Below are positions 41,953-50,653 of a stretch of 63,820 bases of DNA, in pieces. The position numbers were made by a program, and so were the translations under genes. Source of the DNA: a virus. The stretch covers positions 1-63,820 of the IMG/VR virus record IMGVR_UViG_3300034760_000013; one strand, written 5' to 3'. How positions within the stretch are numbered: the stretch's first letter is position 1; every line of letters begins with the position of its first letter. The notes below the pieces were generated by a model. It was given only the letters and a program-made list of their open reading frames with translations. It made no database searches and was not told the DNA's origin.

Positions 41953-42255
41953 ATGAAAGTCTGGGCAATCCTTGAGTGCTACGACTACGCAGGCGCCAAC
42001 GAGAGCACCGTGTCCGTCTGGAGCTCCGAGCAACGCGCCGACGCCGAGATCGTCAGGCGGAAGGCTGTGAACCTTGGCCAGCCTGACGAATACCAGGTCG
42101 TCGAGCTCGAGGTGGACAAGGTGCGGGACGTGCCGCCATCAGGCGCGCCTTCAGAGATTTCCGGCGAGTTCAGCGACACGATGAGTCAGGCTCTAGTGCC
42201 CAGCATTTACGACCTGAAGCTAGAGCCGTACTGGGGCGACGATGAACCGGCGTGA
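41953..42255 (+). CDS. Hypothetical protein
   Basis: 100-aa ORF with an acidic C-terminus. Confidence 0.5.
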   Translation: MKVWAILECYDYAGANESTVSVWSSEQRADAEIVRRKAVNLGQPDEYQVVELEVDKVRDVPPSGAPSEISGEFSDTMSQALVPSIYDLKLEPYWGDDEPA

Positions 42256-42550
42256 GCTCCTGATCGGCACTGCAGCGGCTGGCGCGGCGACCCTGCTGCC
42301 GGCGCCGGCCGAGGCGGTCACCGGGACTGACTTCTGGATTTCCGAGAACGGCATGTTCTGCTTTGAGCAGTCCATCTTTGATGGCTTCAGGTTCGTCGGA
42401 ACGATGACTTACACCTACAGAGCCAGCCTGCTAGAGATGTTCTGCGAGGAACTCAGCTCGAATACACCCACGGACGGCGGATCGGCTGATCCGGCGGCGC
42501 CGTCAGCGTCAGCAGCGCCCGGCATACGTCCTGGACTTCTTGAAAGCTGA
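42242..42550 (+). CDS. Small secreted protein with twin-arginine (Tat) signal peptide
   Basis: MNRRELLIGTAAAGAATLLPAPAEA|V. The 3' end is uncertain because it overlaps a convergent ORF. Confidence 0.5.
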   Translation: MNRRELLIGTAAAGAATLLPAPAEAVTGTDFWISENGMFCFEQSIFDGFRFVGTMTYTYRASLLEMFCEELSSNTPTDGGSADPAAPSASAAPGIRPGLLES

Positions 42551-42800
42551 TCGGCTCCAGCGCCGTGCTGTTACCCGTGATGTGCTCGATCAGCTCGAGC
42601 TCCGTCATCGTCAGTATTTCGGCTGCTACCTGTCGGTTCCGCATCGAAGTCTCCAGTCCCACGCTGGGAGTAGAAGGGATCGCGAGTCGGATTGTTCCGA
42701 TCACGCTCTGCGGCGCGACGCATTAACTCATCTACATTTGGCAGTCGGAGGCGGTCGAGATTGCGCAGCGGGTCTGTCGGCATGGCTGGATCCTGGGCAT

Positions 42801-42832
42801 GAAAAAGGGCGCCGTGGTCATCATCGGCGCCC
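42801..42832 (-). terminator. Rho-independent terminator of the reverse-strand moron
   Basis: On the minus strand: GGGCGCCG-N10-CGGCGCCC followed by TTTTTC, about 90 nt after the stop at 42924. Confidence 0.7.
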
Positions 42833-42923
42833 GCTAAAGGCTCATTACTGCCCGTCCGTGGCAGTCCGCGTCACCAGGGCATGATCATGTCCGCCTCGCT
42901 AGTGATTTGCTACAGCATCAATA

Positions 42924-43619
42924 TCAACGCCCCGGAGCTGGTTCCGTCAAGCCAGATTGAACGCTCTCCAGGACCATGTGCGCCATCTCCTCATTGACCC
43001 TGGCCAGGTCGAGGGTGGTCTCGGCACGCAGCACCACGTCGTGCGCGATCTCCTGATGCTGCAGCGCCAGGGCGCGGATGGCTTCCAGAGCCTGCTCCTT
43101 GATCTCCAATGGATCCGCTCCTGGCTTCTGCTCCAGCCGTAGGGCTGCGCTTGTGATCGCGGCGATGTTGCCGACGCGGTGATACATGTCTTTGATCGCG
43201 TGGTCTCGCGCCGCCAGGGCATGGTCACGCTCCACGGCGCATCTATCCCGCTCGCGTGTCAGCATCAACTCAACCTGCTTCGGGCTGGGCAGGTTTTTGA
43301 TCTTCGGCATCAGGAAAGCCATCGCCGCCGCCGTTACCGCCGAAACCGTGGCTGTGAACATGCGCACGCCGCCCTCGAGCCAGGTCTCGCCTGGCTGGAG
43401 CTGAGAGAACACATGGATCAGGTGAGTGGTCCCGCAGGCCGCGATGAAGGTTACAAACAGGATCCACACTGCGGGAAAGGGCAGGTCTTCCTTGCGGTTG
43501 CGAAGCACGAGAAGCATCGAAATCGGGATGGAATAATACGAGAGCGCGATGGTCAGGTCTGACCAGACGAAAATTCCTACGAGGCCACCTGTCGTGCAGA
43601 GCTCATACAGCGCCTCCAT
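42924..43619 (-). CDS. Ethylene-receptor-like (copper/ethylene-binding) 3-TM domain fused to a HisKA_2/HWE-type DHp domain, with no ATPase domain
   Basis: WSDLTIALSYYSIPISMLLVLRNRKEDLPFPAVWILFVTFIAACGTTHLIHVF parallels ETR1 [52 protein letters not shown], including the Cys/His pair. H-box MYHRVGNIAAITSAALRL. GGGAGG RBS. Has its own terminator. Confidence 0.75.
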   Translation of the reverse strand: MEALYELCTTGGLVGIFVWSDLTIALSYYSIPISMLLVLRNRKEDLPFPAVWILFVTFIAACGTTHLIHVFSQLQPGETWLEGGVRMFTATVSAVTAAAMAFLMPKIKNLPSPKQVELMLTRERDRCAVERDHALAARDHAIKDMYHRVGNIAAITSAALRLEQKPGADPLEIKEQALEAIRALALQHQEIAHDVVLRAETTLDLARVNEEMAHMVLESVQSGLTEPAPGR

Positions 43620-43732
43620 TTTGGCGACACCTCCCGGTCGTGCTATTCTACCCCCTGCCTGCCGAATCGCCCCTCTTAGTCGGTAGTGCGTCACATCCCT
43701 GTCCCAAACGCGACAACGAGGATCCGGCGCAC

Positions 43733-43987
43733 ATGGCAAGGCAAGTCTCAGGCACGATTGCAGCGACAGGCGAAGGCACTTCCCTCGCTGGCAAAGTGGT
43801 GGACGTCTCGATCTCGGGCACCTGGGTCGGCACGGTCGATGTCCAGCGCGCCATGGGCGCGACCTGGAACACGATCGAGAGCTACACGGGCAACGCCGAG
43901 GTCGTCGTCGAGAACGCCACCAAGGTTCCGGTGCGCGTCTATTTCACCCGCACTTCTGGGTCCGTAGACTACCTGCTTCAGGCCTGA
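43733..43987 (+). CDS. Small virion-associated protein
   Basis: GAGGA RBS. 84 aa, beta-rich. Precedes the large fibre gene. Confidence 0.55.
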   Translation: MARQVSGTIAATGEGTSLAGKVVDVSISGTWVGTVDVQRAMGATWNTIESYTGNAEVVVENATKVPVRVYFTRTSGSVDYLLQA

Positions 43988-43991
43988 TCCG

Positions 43992-46900
43992 TTGATCCGG
44001 TCCACAACGCGCTCGGCCATTCGTCGGCCGCGGATCGGTGACGACACAACCGTCACCGCGATCCCGCCCCGCCCGTCCCTCAGCAACAGCTCGGTCACGG
44101 AGAATTCCCCCGTCGAGACCGTCGTAGGCGTGTTTTCGAACGTCTTCGATGGCGCGTTGATGACGCTCAGCGGCGGCAATGGCTGGTTCAAGGTACAGAC
44201 GCCAAGCACGCGCACCTTGCTGACGACCGACACGCCGGCCGACTTCGAGACCAACCCGCTCCCGTCGATCACGATCACGCTCGAGGATCCAACGGGCTAT
44301 TACCGCACGACCAGCTTCGTCTACCCGATCACGGTCTTCAACGAGGTCTACGAGGGCGCTCCCGTCATCACGACGGCCGCCCAACACACCTTCTTCGCGG
44401 GGGAGGACTACGCGGTCCCCCTCACGGCCGACCGGCCTGTCACCTGGGCGCTTACCGGCGGCGCTAACCAGGCGAGCGCCACTGTGACCGGCCCGACGGC
44501 CACGCTCAATCCAGGCACGCTGGCCGGCACCTACGTCATCCAGGTCACAGCCACCGGCGCCAACACCCAGTCGACCCCCAAAACCCTCACCATTGTGGTG
44601 GCCGAGATGGTGCAGAGCGCTTTCCAGCTCGAGTGGCTCGAGGCCGAGGGCTTGGACGCCCTTAAGTCAGGCTTTGGCGGCTTCCAGAACCCCTACCACC
44701 AGAAGAGCCCCTGGAACGCCTACCCGGTTAACCCGACGCTGAGCGCCACGGGCATCCGGTCGCTTCTCTACACCTCGGCCGGCGCGTCCACCGCGCACGT
44801 CGCCTGGCTGAACAAGAATGGCTACGGCACCTTCATGAGCCAGGCCAAGGAGGGCGACCCGTCGATGACGGTCTACGGCCTCTCCGGCAGCGCCAACGTC
44901 AATGTCGGCGACGAGGCTAAGACCCGCGCTGTTGTTATCCCGCGCTGGCCCACCAACGAGGACGGCACATCGCCCGTCACACCGGCCACCGGCTCAGACG
45001 GCCACGCCGAGATCTATGACCCGATCCTGGGCGTGTTTCACTCCTTCTGGAAGCTGCGCAAGCCGTTCTCCGAGGCCAACCCCACCGACAAATGGGTCGC
45101 TGCCAAATACTCCTGCATTCCGGCTGGCGGCCTGGGCTGGCCCTACCCGGAGCGCCCTGATGGGCCGCGCGCGGTAGGCGCCTCGACGGCTGGCGGCGCT
45201 CTACGCATCCACGACTACACCACTGCGGCCGCCGCCGCAGCCGGCAACGGCTTCGGTCATGCTCTGGCCATCGCGCTCGCCGGCCGAGCCATCGACCACG
45301 AGCCGGCCTATCCGGCCATGCTCGAGGATGCCCGCGGTTACTTGGAATACGAAAACCGCAAGGCGGCCTACAACCACGTCAACAACGCCAACCCTGGCGT
45401 CCGCATGGGCTCGCACCTGCTGCTGCCCTCGGATTTCTCCCTGACGGGGCTGAACACCTACGAGACGGCGATGGCCAAGACGCTGATGCGTCACGGGGCC
45501 TACGTCACCGACATGACGGGCTTCGACGGCAACACCTTCGCCTTCTTCGGCGAGATCGGCTCCGACTGGGCTCCGACCACCAACAGCGGCAGCACGACTG
45601 CTGTTCGCCAGACCTTCCTGACCAACGTGCGCAACGCGCTCAAGGTCCGTGCCAGCCAGGATAGCTGGGTGGACGGCACCGGCGCAGCGTTCACGCCGGT
45701 GAGCTGGGACGACCAGAACCTGCTCTCAATGCGCCTGCCGCAGTGGGTTTCGGGGACGAACATCCTGTCCTCGCCCTACACCGCCCGCTTCAACACGCAG
45801 GACCGGCTGCTTGTCTGCCCGGATACCACGACAGCCGACAGCAACCTCATCGTCATCAAGCGGCCGCGCCCGGCCCACGTGGAGGTCACTGAGCCGGAGC
45901 CGTGGTGGCGTTGGCAGCAGGTAAAATACGAGAGCTCCGACAACCGCACTCGCTCTTGGTTCTCGCATAACCCGATCGGGGCCGAGACCTACCGCTTCAA
46001 GGTCTTCGGCTATGGCGGCTTCTCCGCCCGGATCCTGATCAAGACCTTTGGCGGCGCGACCCACTACGACAGCAACACCGACTTCGCGGCCACTGGCGGC
46101 TACATGACGCCAGGCCAGGAGATCACCGCGGCCTACGTCGACGGCGCCGAGGTGCATGTGCTGGTTAAGAAGTCCCCAGGCGGCGCCTCTGGCATCCGTG
46201 TGGAGATGCAGCGCGTCGCGGCCATCCCCGAGGAGCCAGACGACATCCTCGAGGAGCTCTTCAGCAACGGCGAGCGCGGCGCGGTCTTCGATCCTGACCG
46301 CTTCGAGTCGCTCTACACCTCAAGCGCAGTGATCGGTGACGTTGGCTCGCAGGTCTGGGGCATCATCGACACCAAGGACTGGGCGCTCAGCGACGACGCA
46401 GCAAGCGCCTCAATAGGCGCCAACATGATTGGCGCCCTGGTCGACACGCCTGTGACGCACGTCAACGGGGCGATGCCGAACAACTCCGGCTGGTTCAACA
46501 TCTCCAACGGCAGCCCTGCTGGCGCTGGCGTTGTCGGCGGTGTGCTCGTCCTTACGACCACCGGCACCCTCGACGGCCAGGTCTACAAGACGCTGACCAC
46601 CGTCGCCGGCAAGATGTATCGCGTTAGCTTCCGCGCCGAGGGCGTGGACTTTCTGTGGAGCGTCGGCACCGCCACATCGGCCTTGTCCACACAGCTCATG
46701 TCTACCTCCGGGGCCATCGGCTCCGGGTTCAAGGAAGCCTTCTTCGTCGCCACTGGCAGTGTCGCCTATCTGCACTTCGGGCAGAGCTTCACGGCGGGCA
46801 ACACGGAGATCGAAGACCTCCAGTGCCAGGAGATGCCTGGCTACATGGCTAGAGCGGCGTCTCGGCAAACGCTCACCACGCACCCGGTCTACCGAGGCTA

Positions 46901-48386
46901 CCTCGACCACGACGGTGTCGACGACCTGCTGGTCGCCCAGTTTGGCACAACGCTCGGGGCCACCTGCACTGTCGCCTCCGTAACGGATGCCGGCGGCGTT
47001 ACGATCTCGACCGGCGTCAACATCGGCACGACCTACAATCTGCCGACGACCGACTGGCGGCTGTGCGTCATCGTCGATCGCGCTCTGACAGGCGACGAAA
47101 CCACAGCCCTGACGGCCGCCCTCGAGGCCAGGCGCAACAAGGGCTCAGCCTCCTATGTCTGGGCCGGTGAGCAGACAACGACCAGCCTCATGGCCAGCGT
47201 CTACCTCACGCAGGACGGCAAGGTCCGGCTTGCGGTGGCAACAACCCCCAGCATGGACGAGCTCGTCTGGTCGCCGGCGATCCAGTCGGTGAACAAGTCA
47301 GCGCGATGCACCGTGACCGGCCTCGAGCCAGGCACGACCTACTACGGCCGCTTCGAGTGCGACGGCACCTGGGTCGGCCCGAAGCTGCGCATGAAGACCA
47401 TCAAGGAAGTCACGACAGGCGTTCCGCAGACCTTCTCCGTAGCTCTGGGCTCCTGCGCCGGCGACACAGCCGCGGTCAGCTCCAGCACCAGCTTCCAGCG
47501 CGTGATCGACCGCAATCCTGACGCCCTCTTCGACATGGGCGACATCCACTACCAGGACATCGACAGCGCCGATCCGCAGCTCTACCGCAACGCCTATGAA
47601 ACGTGGGTCTTCAGGGGCCCCCTGCGTCACAAGATGATGCGGAACGTGAATGCCTACTACATGTATGACGACCATGACTCGGCCGGCGAGGATGGCTTTT
47701 CGGATGCGTCCACCCAACAGACGGGCGTCCCTGCGGTTCGCCGTGCTTACCGCGACATGGTCCCCGTCACCCCAGTCGAGCCTGGCCTCACCGATCCTCC
47801 CTACTACACGGTGAAGATGGGCCGCATGATCTTCATCGTGACGGACGTTCGCACGGCAAAATCCTTCAAATCCAACACCGACAGCGCCAGCAAGACCATG
47901 ATGGGTGCTGCTCAAAAGGCTTGGTTCCTGAATGTCCTGGCTAGCAACCCAGGCTGCGTCTTCACCTGGGTCCAGACCGGCGTCTGGATCTCCGCTTCGG
48001 GCAATGACTACTGGTTCACTTGCAGCGTCGAACGCGCCGAGATCGCCAACGAGATGAAGCGCCTCGGCCTGCAGGGTAAGATCTGCATGGTCTCCGGCGA
48101 CATGCACGCCCAGGCGATCGACAGTGGGGCCAACGCCGACTACGCGACCGGCGGCGGCATGGACATCCCCGTGTTCCACGCAGGTCCGTGGAACAAGCCG
48201 GTCTCGTCCAAGGGCGGCCCCTACAGCTCGGGCACGGCGTATCCGGCCTCCGGCACCGGCCAGCAGTATGGCATGATGACCTGGACCGACAACGGCGTCG
48301 ACCCGATCACCGTCGAGTGGGCCGGCTACAAGGGCTCCAACAACGATTCAACCGGCGTGAGCCTGACGTTCCAGCTTACCCCATAG
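43992..48386 (+). CDS. Large tail fibre/host-recognition protein (1464 aa) with C-terminal PhoD-like metallophosphodiesterase
   Basis: Ig-like/CBM-like middle segments. The C-terminus has a PhoD_N-like FN3 (YYGRFECDG), then GSCAGD, MGDIHY (47538), YDDHD (47664) and SGDMH (48092). The TTG start is uncertain. Confidence 0.75.
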   Translation: MIRSTTRSAIRRPRIGDDTTVTAIPPRPSLSNSSVTENSPVETVVGVFSNVFDGALMTLSGGNGWFKVQTPSTRTLLTTDTPADFETNPLPSITITLEDPTGYYRTTSFVYPITVFNEVYEGAPVITTAAQHTFFAGEDYAVPLTADRPVTWALTGGANQASATVTGPTATLNPGTLAGTYVIQVTATGANTQSTPKTLTIVVAEMVQSAFQLEWLEAEGLDALKSGFGGFQNPYHQKSPWNAYPVNPTLSATGIRSLLYTSAGASTAHVAWLNKNGYGTFMSQAKEGDPSMTVYGLSGSANVNVGDEAKTRAVVIPRWPTNEDGTSPVTPATGSDGHAEIYDPILGVFHSFWKLRKPFSEANPTDKWVAAKYSCIPAGGLGWPYPERPDGPRAVGASTAGGALRIHDYTTAAAAAAGNGFGHALAIALAGRAIDHEPAYPAMLEDARGYLEYENRKAAYNHVNNANPGVRMGSHLLLPSDFSLTGLNTYETAMAKTLMRHGAYVTDMTGFDGNTFAFFGEIGSDWAPTTNSGSTTAVRQTFLTNVRNALKVRASQDSWVDGTGAAFTPVSWDDQNLLSMRLPQWVSGTNILSSPYTARFNTQDRLLVCPDTTTADSNLIVIKRPRPAHVEVTEPEPWWRWQQVKYESSDNRTRSWFSHNPIGAETYRFKVFGYGGFSARILIKTFGGATHYDSNTDFAATGGYMTPGQEITAAYVDGAEVHVLVKKSPGGASGIRVEMQRVAAIPEEPDDILEELFSNGERGAVFDPDRFESLYTSSAVIGDVGSQVWGIIDTKDWALSDDAASASIGANMIGALVDTPVTHVNGAMPNNSGWFNISNGSPAGAGVVGGVLVLTTTGTLDGQVYKTLTTVAGKMYRVSFRAEGVDFLWSVGTATSALSTQLMSTSGAIGSGFKEAFFVATGSVAYLHFGQSFTAGNTEIEDLQCQEMPGYMARAASRQTLTTHPVYRGYLDHDGVDDLLVAQFGTTLGATCTVASVTDAGGVTISTGVNIGTTYNLPTTDWRLCVIVDRALTGDETTALTAALEARRNKGSASYVWAGEQTTTSLMASVYLTQDGKVRLAVATTPSMDELVWSPAIQSVNKSARCTVTGLEPGTTYYGRFECDGTWVGPKLRMKTIKEVTTGVPQTFSVALGSCAGDTAAVSSSTSFQRVIDRNPDALFDMGDIHYQDIDSADPQLYRNAYETWVFRGPLRHKMMRNVNAYYMYDDHDSAGEDGFSDASTQQTGVPAVRRAYRDMVPVTPVEPGLTDPPYYTVKMGRMIFIVTDVRTAKSFKSNTDSASKTMMGAAQKAWFLNVLASNPGCVFTWVQTGVWISASGNDYWFTCSVERAEIANEMKRLGLQGKICMVSGDMHAQAIDSGANADYATGGGMDIPVFHAGPWNKPVSSKGGPYSSGTAYPASGTGQQYGMMTWTDNGVDPITVEWAGYKGSNNDSTGVSLTFQLTP

Positions 48387-48404
48387 TCGCGCAGGATCCC
48401 GCCA

Positions 48405-48773
48405 ATGACCAGGACAGCCCTCCGATCCCCACCGCCTCGTCGCATCGGCGATGATGAATATGGCGGCCTCTACGCCACGGCGCAGATCAAGACCGATGCG
48501 ACCACGGCGCGGACGCTGTCCGACGACGACCACGGCTACATCCTCGATTTTACGTCGGGATCGGCTGTCACCGTGACGGTTCCTGCAGGCCTGCGGCCCG
48601 GCTTCTGCTGCGCGATCAGCCAGGGCGGCGCCGGCAAGGTGACGGTTGCGGCAGGTGCCGGCACAACAGTCAACGTAACAGGCGGCCTGCTCGGCACTGA
48701 GGCGCAATACGTCATGCTGCAGCTCATCCAGTTCGCGGGGAACGCCTACCGGCTCTACGGCAGGACTGCCTGA
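48405..48773 (+). CDS. Hypothetical tail-associated protein
   Basis: 122-aa ORF with an AGGA RBS. Confidence 0.55.
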   Translation: MTRTALRSPPPRRIGDDEYGGLYATAQIKTDATTARTLSDDDHGYILDFTSGSAVTVTVPAGLRPGFCCAISQGGAGKVTVAAGAGTTVNVTGGLLGTEAQYVMLQLIQFAGNAYRLYGRTA

Positions 48774-48916
48774 TGCTGTTCGCTGGCGGACTGATCGGGA
48801 TGGCGGCTAGGGGCGGGAGCGGGGGCGGGGGCGGGAGTCCACCGCTAACAATTTATGATCGCGCAGCAGCACCTATTCTGGATCGCGCTGGCTCAACCAT
48901 CGAAACGAGGGTTTAA
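48773..48916 (+). CDS. Small Gly-rich ORF (weak call)
   Basis: TGATG coupling. 47 aa. Contains a G-run. Confidence 0.3.
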   Translation: MLFAGGLIGMAARGGSGGGGGSPPLTIYDRAAAPILDRAGSTIETRV

Positions 48917-48919
48917 CCA

Positions 48920-49465
48920 ATGGCAAACATCTTCGACCTAGCTGATACTTGGAACGACATAGCGACCACGTTTCGTGCCATCAAAATGAACGTGACGGAC
49001 ACAGCGTCGGCGGCTGGCTCGCTGTTGCTGGACATTCAAAAAGGCTCAGTCAGCTATTTCAGCATCACCAAGAACGGCATTGCCAACCTCGTTGGGACCG
49101 GCTCCAACGGCAATGGCTACGGCTGGCACATAGAGAACTCTAACGGCGCTGCGCTAGGGCAGTTCAACGCCAAGGCCGGCCTCCACTTTGGCGCGAACGG
49201 TGTCGTAGCTTGGGGTGCCGGTGCGCCAGCGCAGGATAGCCAGGCACTAGACCTGATGGTCAATCGGTCGGCGGCGGGCGTCTTGGGCGTTCGTGGCGCG
49301 TCTACATCTGCAGGAGCAGCATTAGAGTTTGTTGAACAAACCGCTCCCTCTGCACCATCTGCCAACAGCGTTCGGCTCTACGCAGAGGACAACGGCTCAG
49401 GGAAGACCAGGATTGTCGCGCTGTTCCCATCAGGCGCAGCTCAAGTCTTGGCTGTCGAGCCGTGA
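48920..49465 (+). CDS. Tail fibre/tailspike adaptor-like protein
   Basis: 181 aa with a GAGGG RBS. Upstream of the beta-helix protein. Visibly more AT-rich. Confidence 0.55.
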   Translation: MANIFDLADTWNDIATTFRAIKMNVTDTASAAGSLLLDIQKGSVSYFSITKNGIANLVGTGSNGNGYGWHIENSNGAALGQFNAKAGLHFGANGVVAWGAGAPAQDSQALDLMVNRSAAGVLGVRGASTSAGAALEFVEQTAPSAPSANSVRLYAEDNGSGKTRIVALFPSGAAQVLAVEP

Positions 49466-50514
49466 GTGTTCCCGCTTATCGCGCCCTAGGTCTTGACGTC
49501 ATTGTTCCGTCTCGGATGCCCAATGGCGTCGATGATGATTTGGCTATCCTACAGACCGCGATAGACACCTGCTTCGGCACAACAGGGGCACCTCTCTCGC
49601 CGCTGAACTACCGCCCTCTGTATATCCCGCAAGGCGATTGGAAGGTGTCGGCGCCCCTGACAATGAGGGCAGTTCAGGGCGGCTGGGTTTATGGTGCGGG
49701 ACGCTTTGCCACCAAGATAACAAACACGACGGCGGGCAGCGTGTTTGTCACCAATGGATGCGCTTACAGCTTGTTCGAAAACATGCGGCTTGTTTCAAGC
49801 GGCTCCGCGGTAGTTTTTGACTTGGACTGGGACAACACCGGCCAAGCTGCTTTGCAGTCCAATACGCTTTCCAACCTATATTTTGAGGGCGGGGGCCACG
49901 GGCTTCGCATCGGCCATACTGGCTACATGGGGTCTGAAAACCTCATTCAGAACTGTGGGTTCAGCGGCCATTCCGTCGCTGGGGTAAGAACCCGAAACTA
50001 CAACGCGCTTCAGAACAAGATCGCCGGCGGCAACATTCAGTCCTGCGACATCGGCGTTTACGTTGAGTTCGGGAGCGTGCAAGACATCATTGGCACCGGC
50101 TTTCAACTCTCAACGACGTGGGACGTAAAAGTAGACAACTCGGCAGACGATTGCATGTCGCTTATTGGGTGTCGCAGCGAGAGTCCGAATTTCGTTCGCG
50201 CGCAGCATATTGGCCTGCATATGGCTGCGTGTAATCAGATAAACCTCACATCAGGCAAGTTTTTTGAGGGCACTGGACTGTTCTCCTTATCTGGCTGCAC
50301 GAGCATTGCCGGCCAGGTGATCTCCAACAATAACGGTGGCGATATAAAAAATTGCCAGTTCGGTCGCGATGACTGGATCGCAACTGCAAACGGCGCTCGC
50401 GTGAATGTCAGCATGACACGGGTGGGTGAAACCCTCGTTGATAGTGGTTCCGGCACGCCTCTTATGCTGACGCGAGGCTACGTTTCGGGCGCAAGCGTCT
50501 ATACGGCGAGCTAG
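49462..50514 (+). CDS. Right-handed beta-helix (pectate-lyase-like) tailspike/depolymerase
   Basis: Repeated N/G-rich turns (ENMRLVS, SNLYFEGGGHGLRIG, IQNCGFSGHSVAGV, GGNIQSCDIGVYV) typical of parallel beta-helix. Confidence 0.65.
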   Translation: MSVPAYRALGLDVIVPSRMPNGVDDDLAILQTAIDTCFGTTGAPLSPLNYRPLYIPQGDWKVSAPLTMRAVQGGWVYGAGRFATKITNTTAGSVFVTNGCAYSLFENMRLVSSGSAVVFDLDWDNTGQAALQSNTLSNLYFEGGGHGLRIGHTGYMGSENLIQNCGFSGHSVAGVRTRNYNALQNKIAGGNIQSCDIGVYVEFGSVQDIIGTGFQLSTTWDVKVDNSADDCMSLIGCRSESPNFVRAQHIGLHMAACNQINLTSGKFFEGTGLFSLSGCTSIAGQVISNNNGGDIKNCQFGRDDWIATANGARVNVSMTRVGETLVDSGSGTPLMLTRGYVSGASVYTAS

Positions 50515-50653
50515 GTAAATGCGGCCTAGGGTTCCATCTCGCCCGCGCGGTGAGGCCGTGCTAAGTTAAGCACCTGCCGCGCCGAATCGAGCGTGGCCAT
50601 CCCCCTTCCTTCTCAATCGTCCGTCCCACGCAACTCCTCTTTGAGGATGCCGG

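Noticed and set aside
41618-41956. 112-aa plus-strand ORF and two minus-strand ORFs (41527..41829, 41717..41968) after terL
   Set aside because: All are Arg/Ser/Pro-rich with no RBS or motif. The region is treated as non-coding or structured (see findings).
47298-48179. 293-aa minus-strand ORF opposite the PhoD-like domain
   Set aside because: Shadow ORF. The plus-strand frame contains ordered metallophosphatase motifs.
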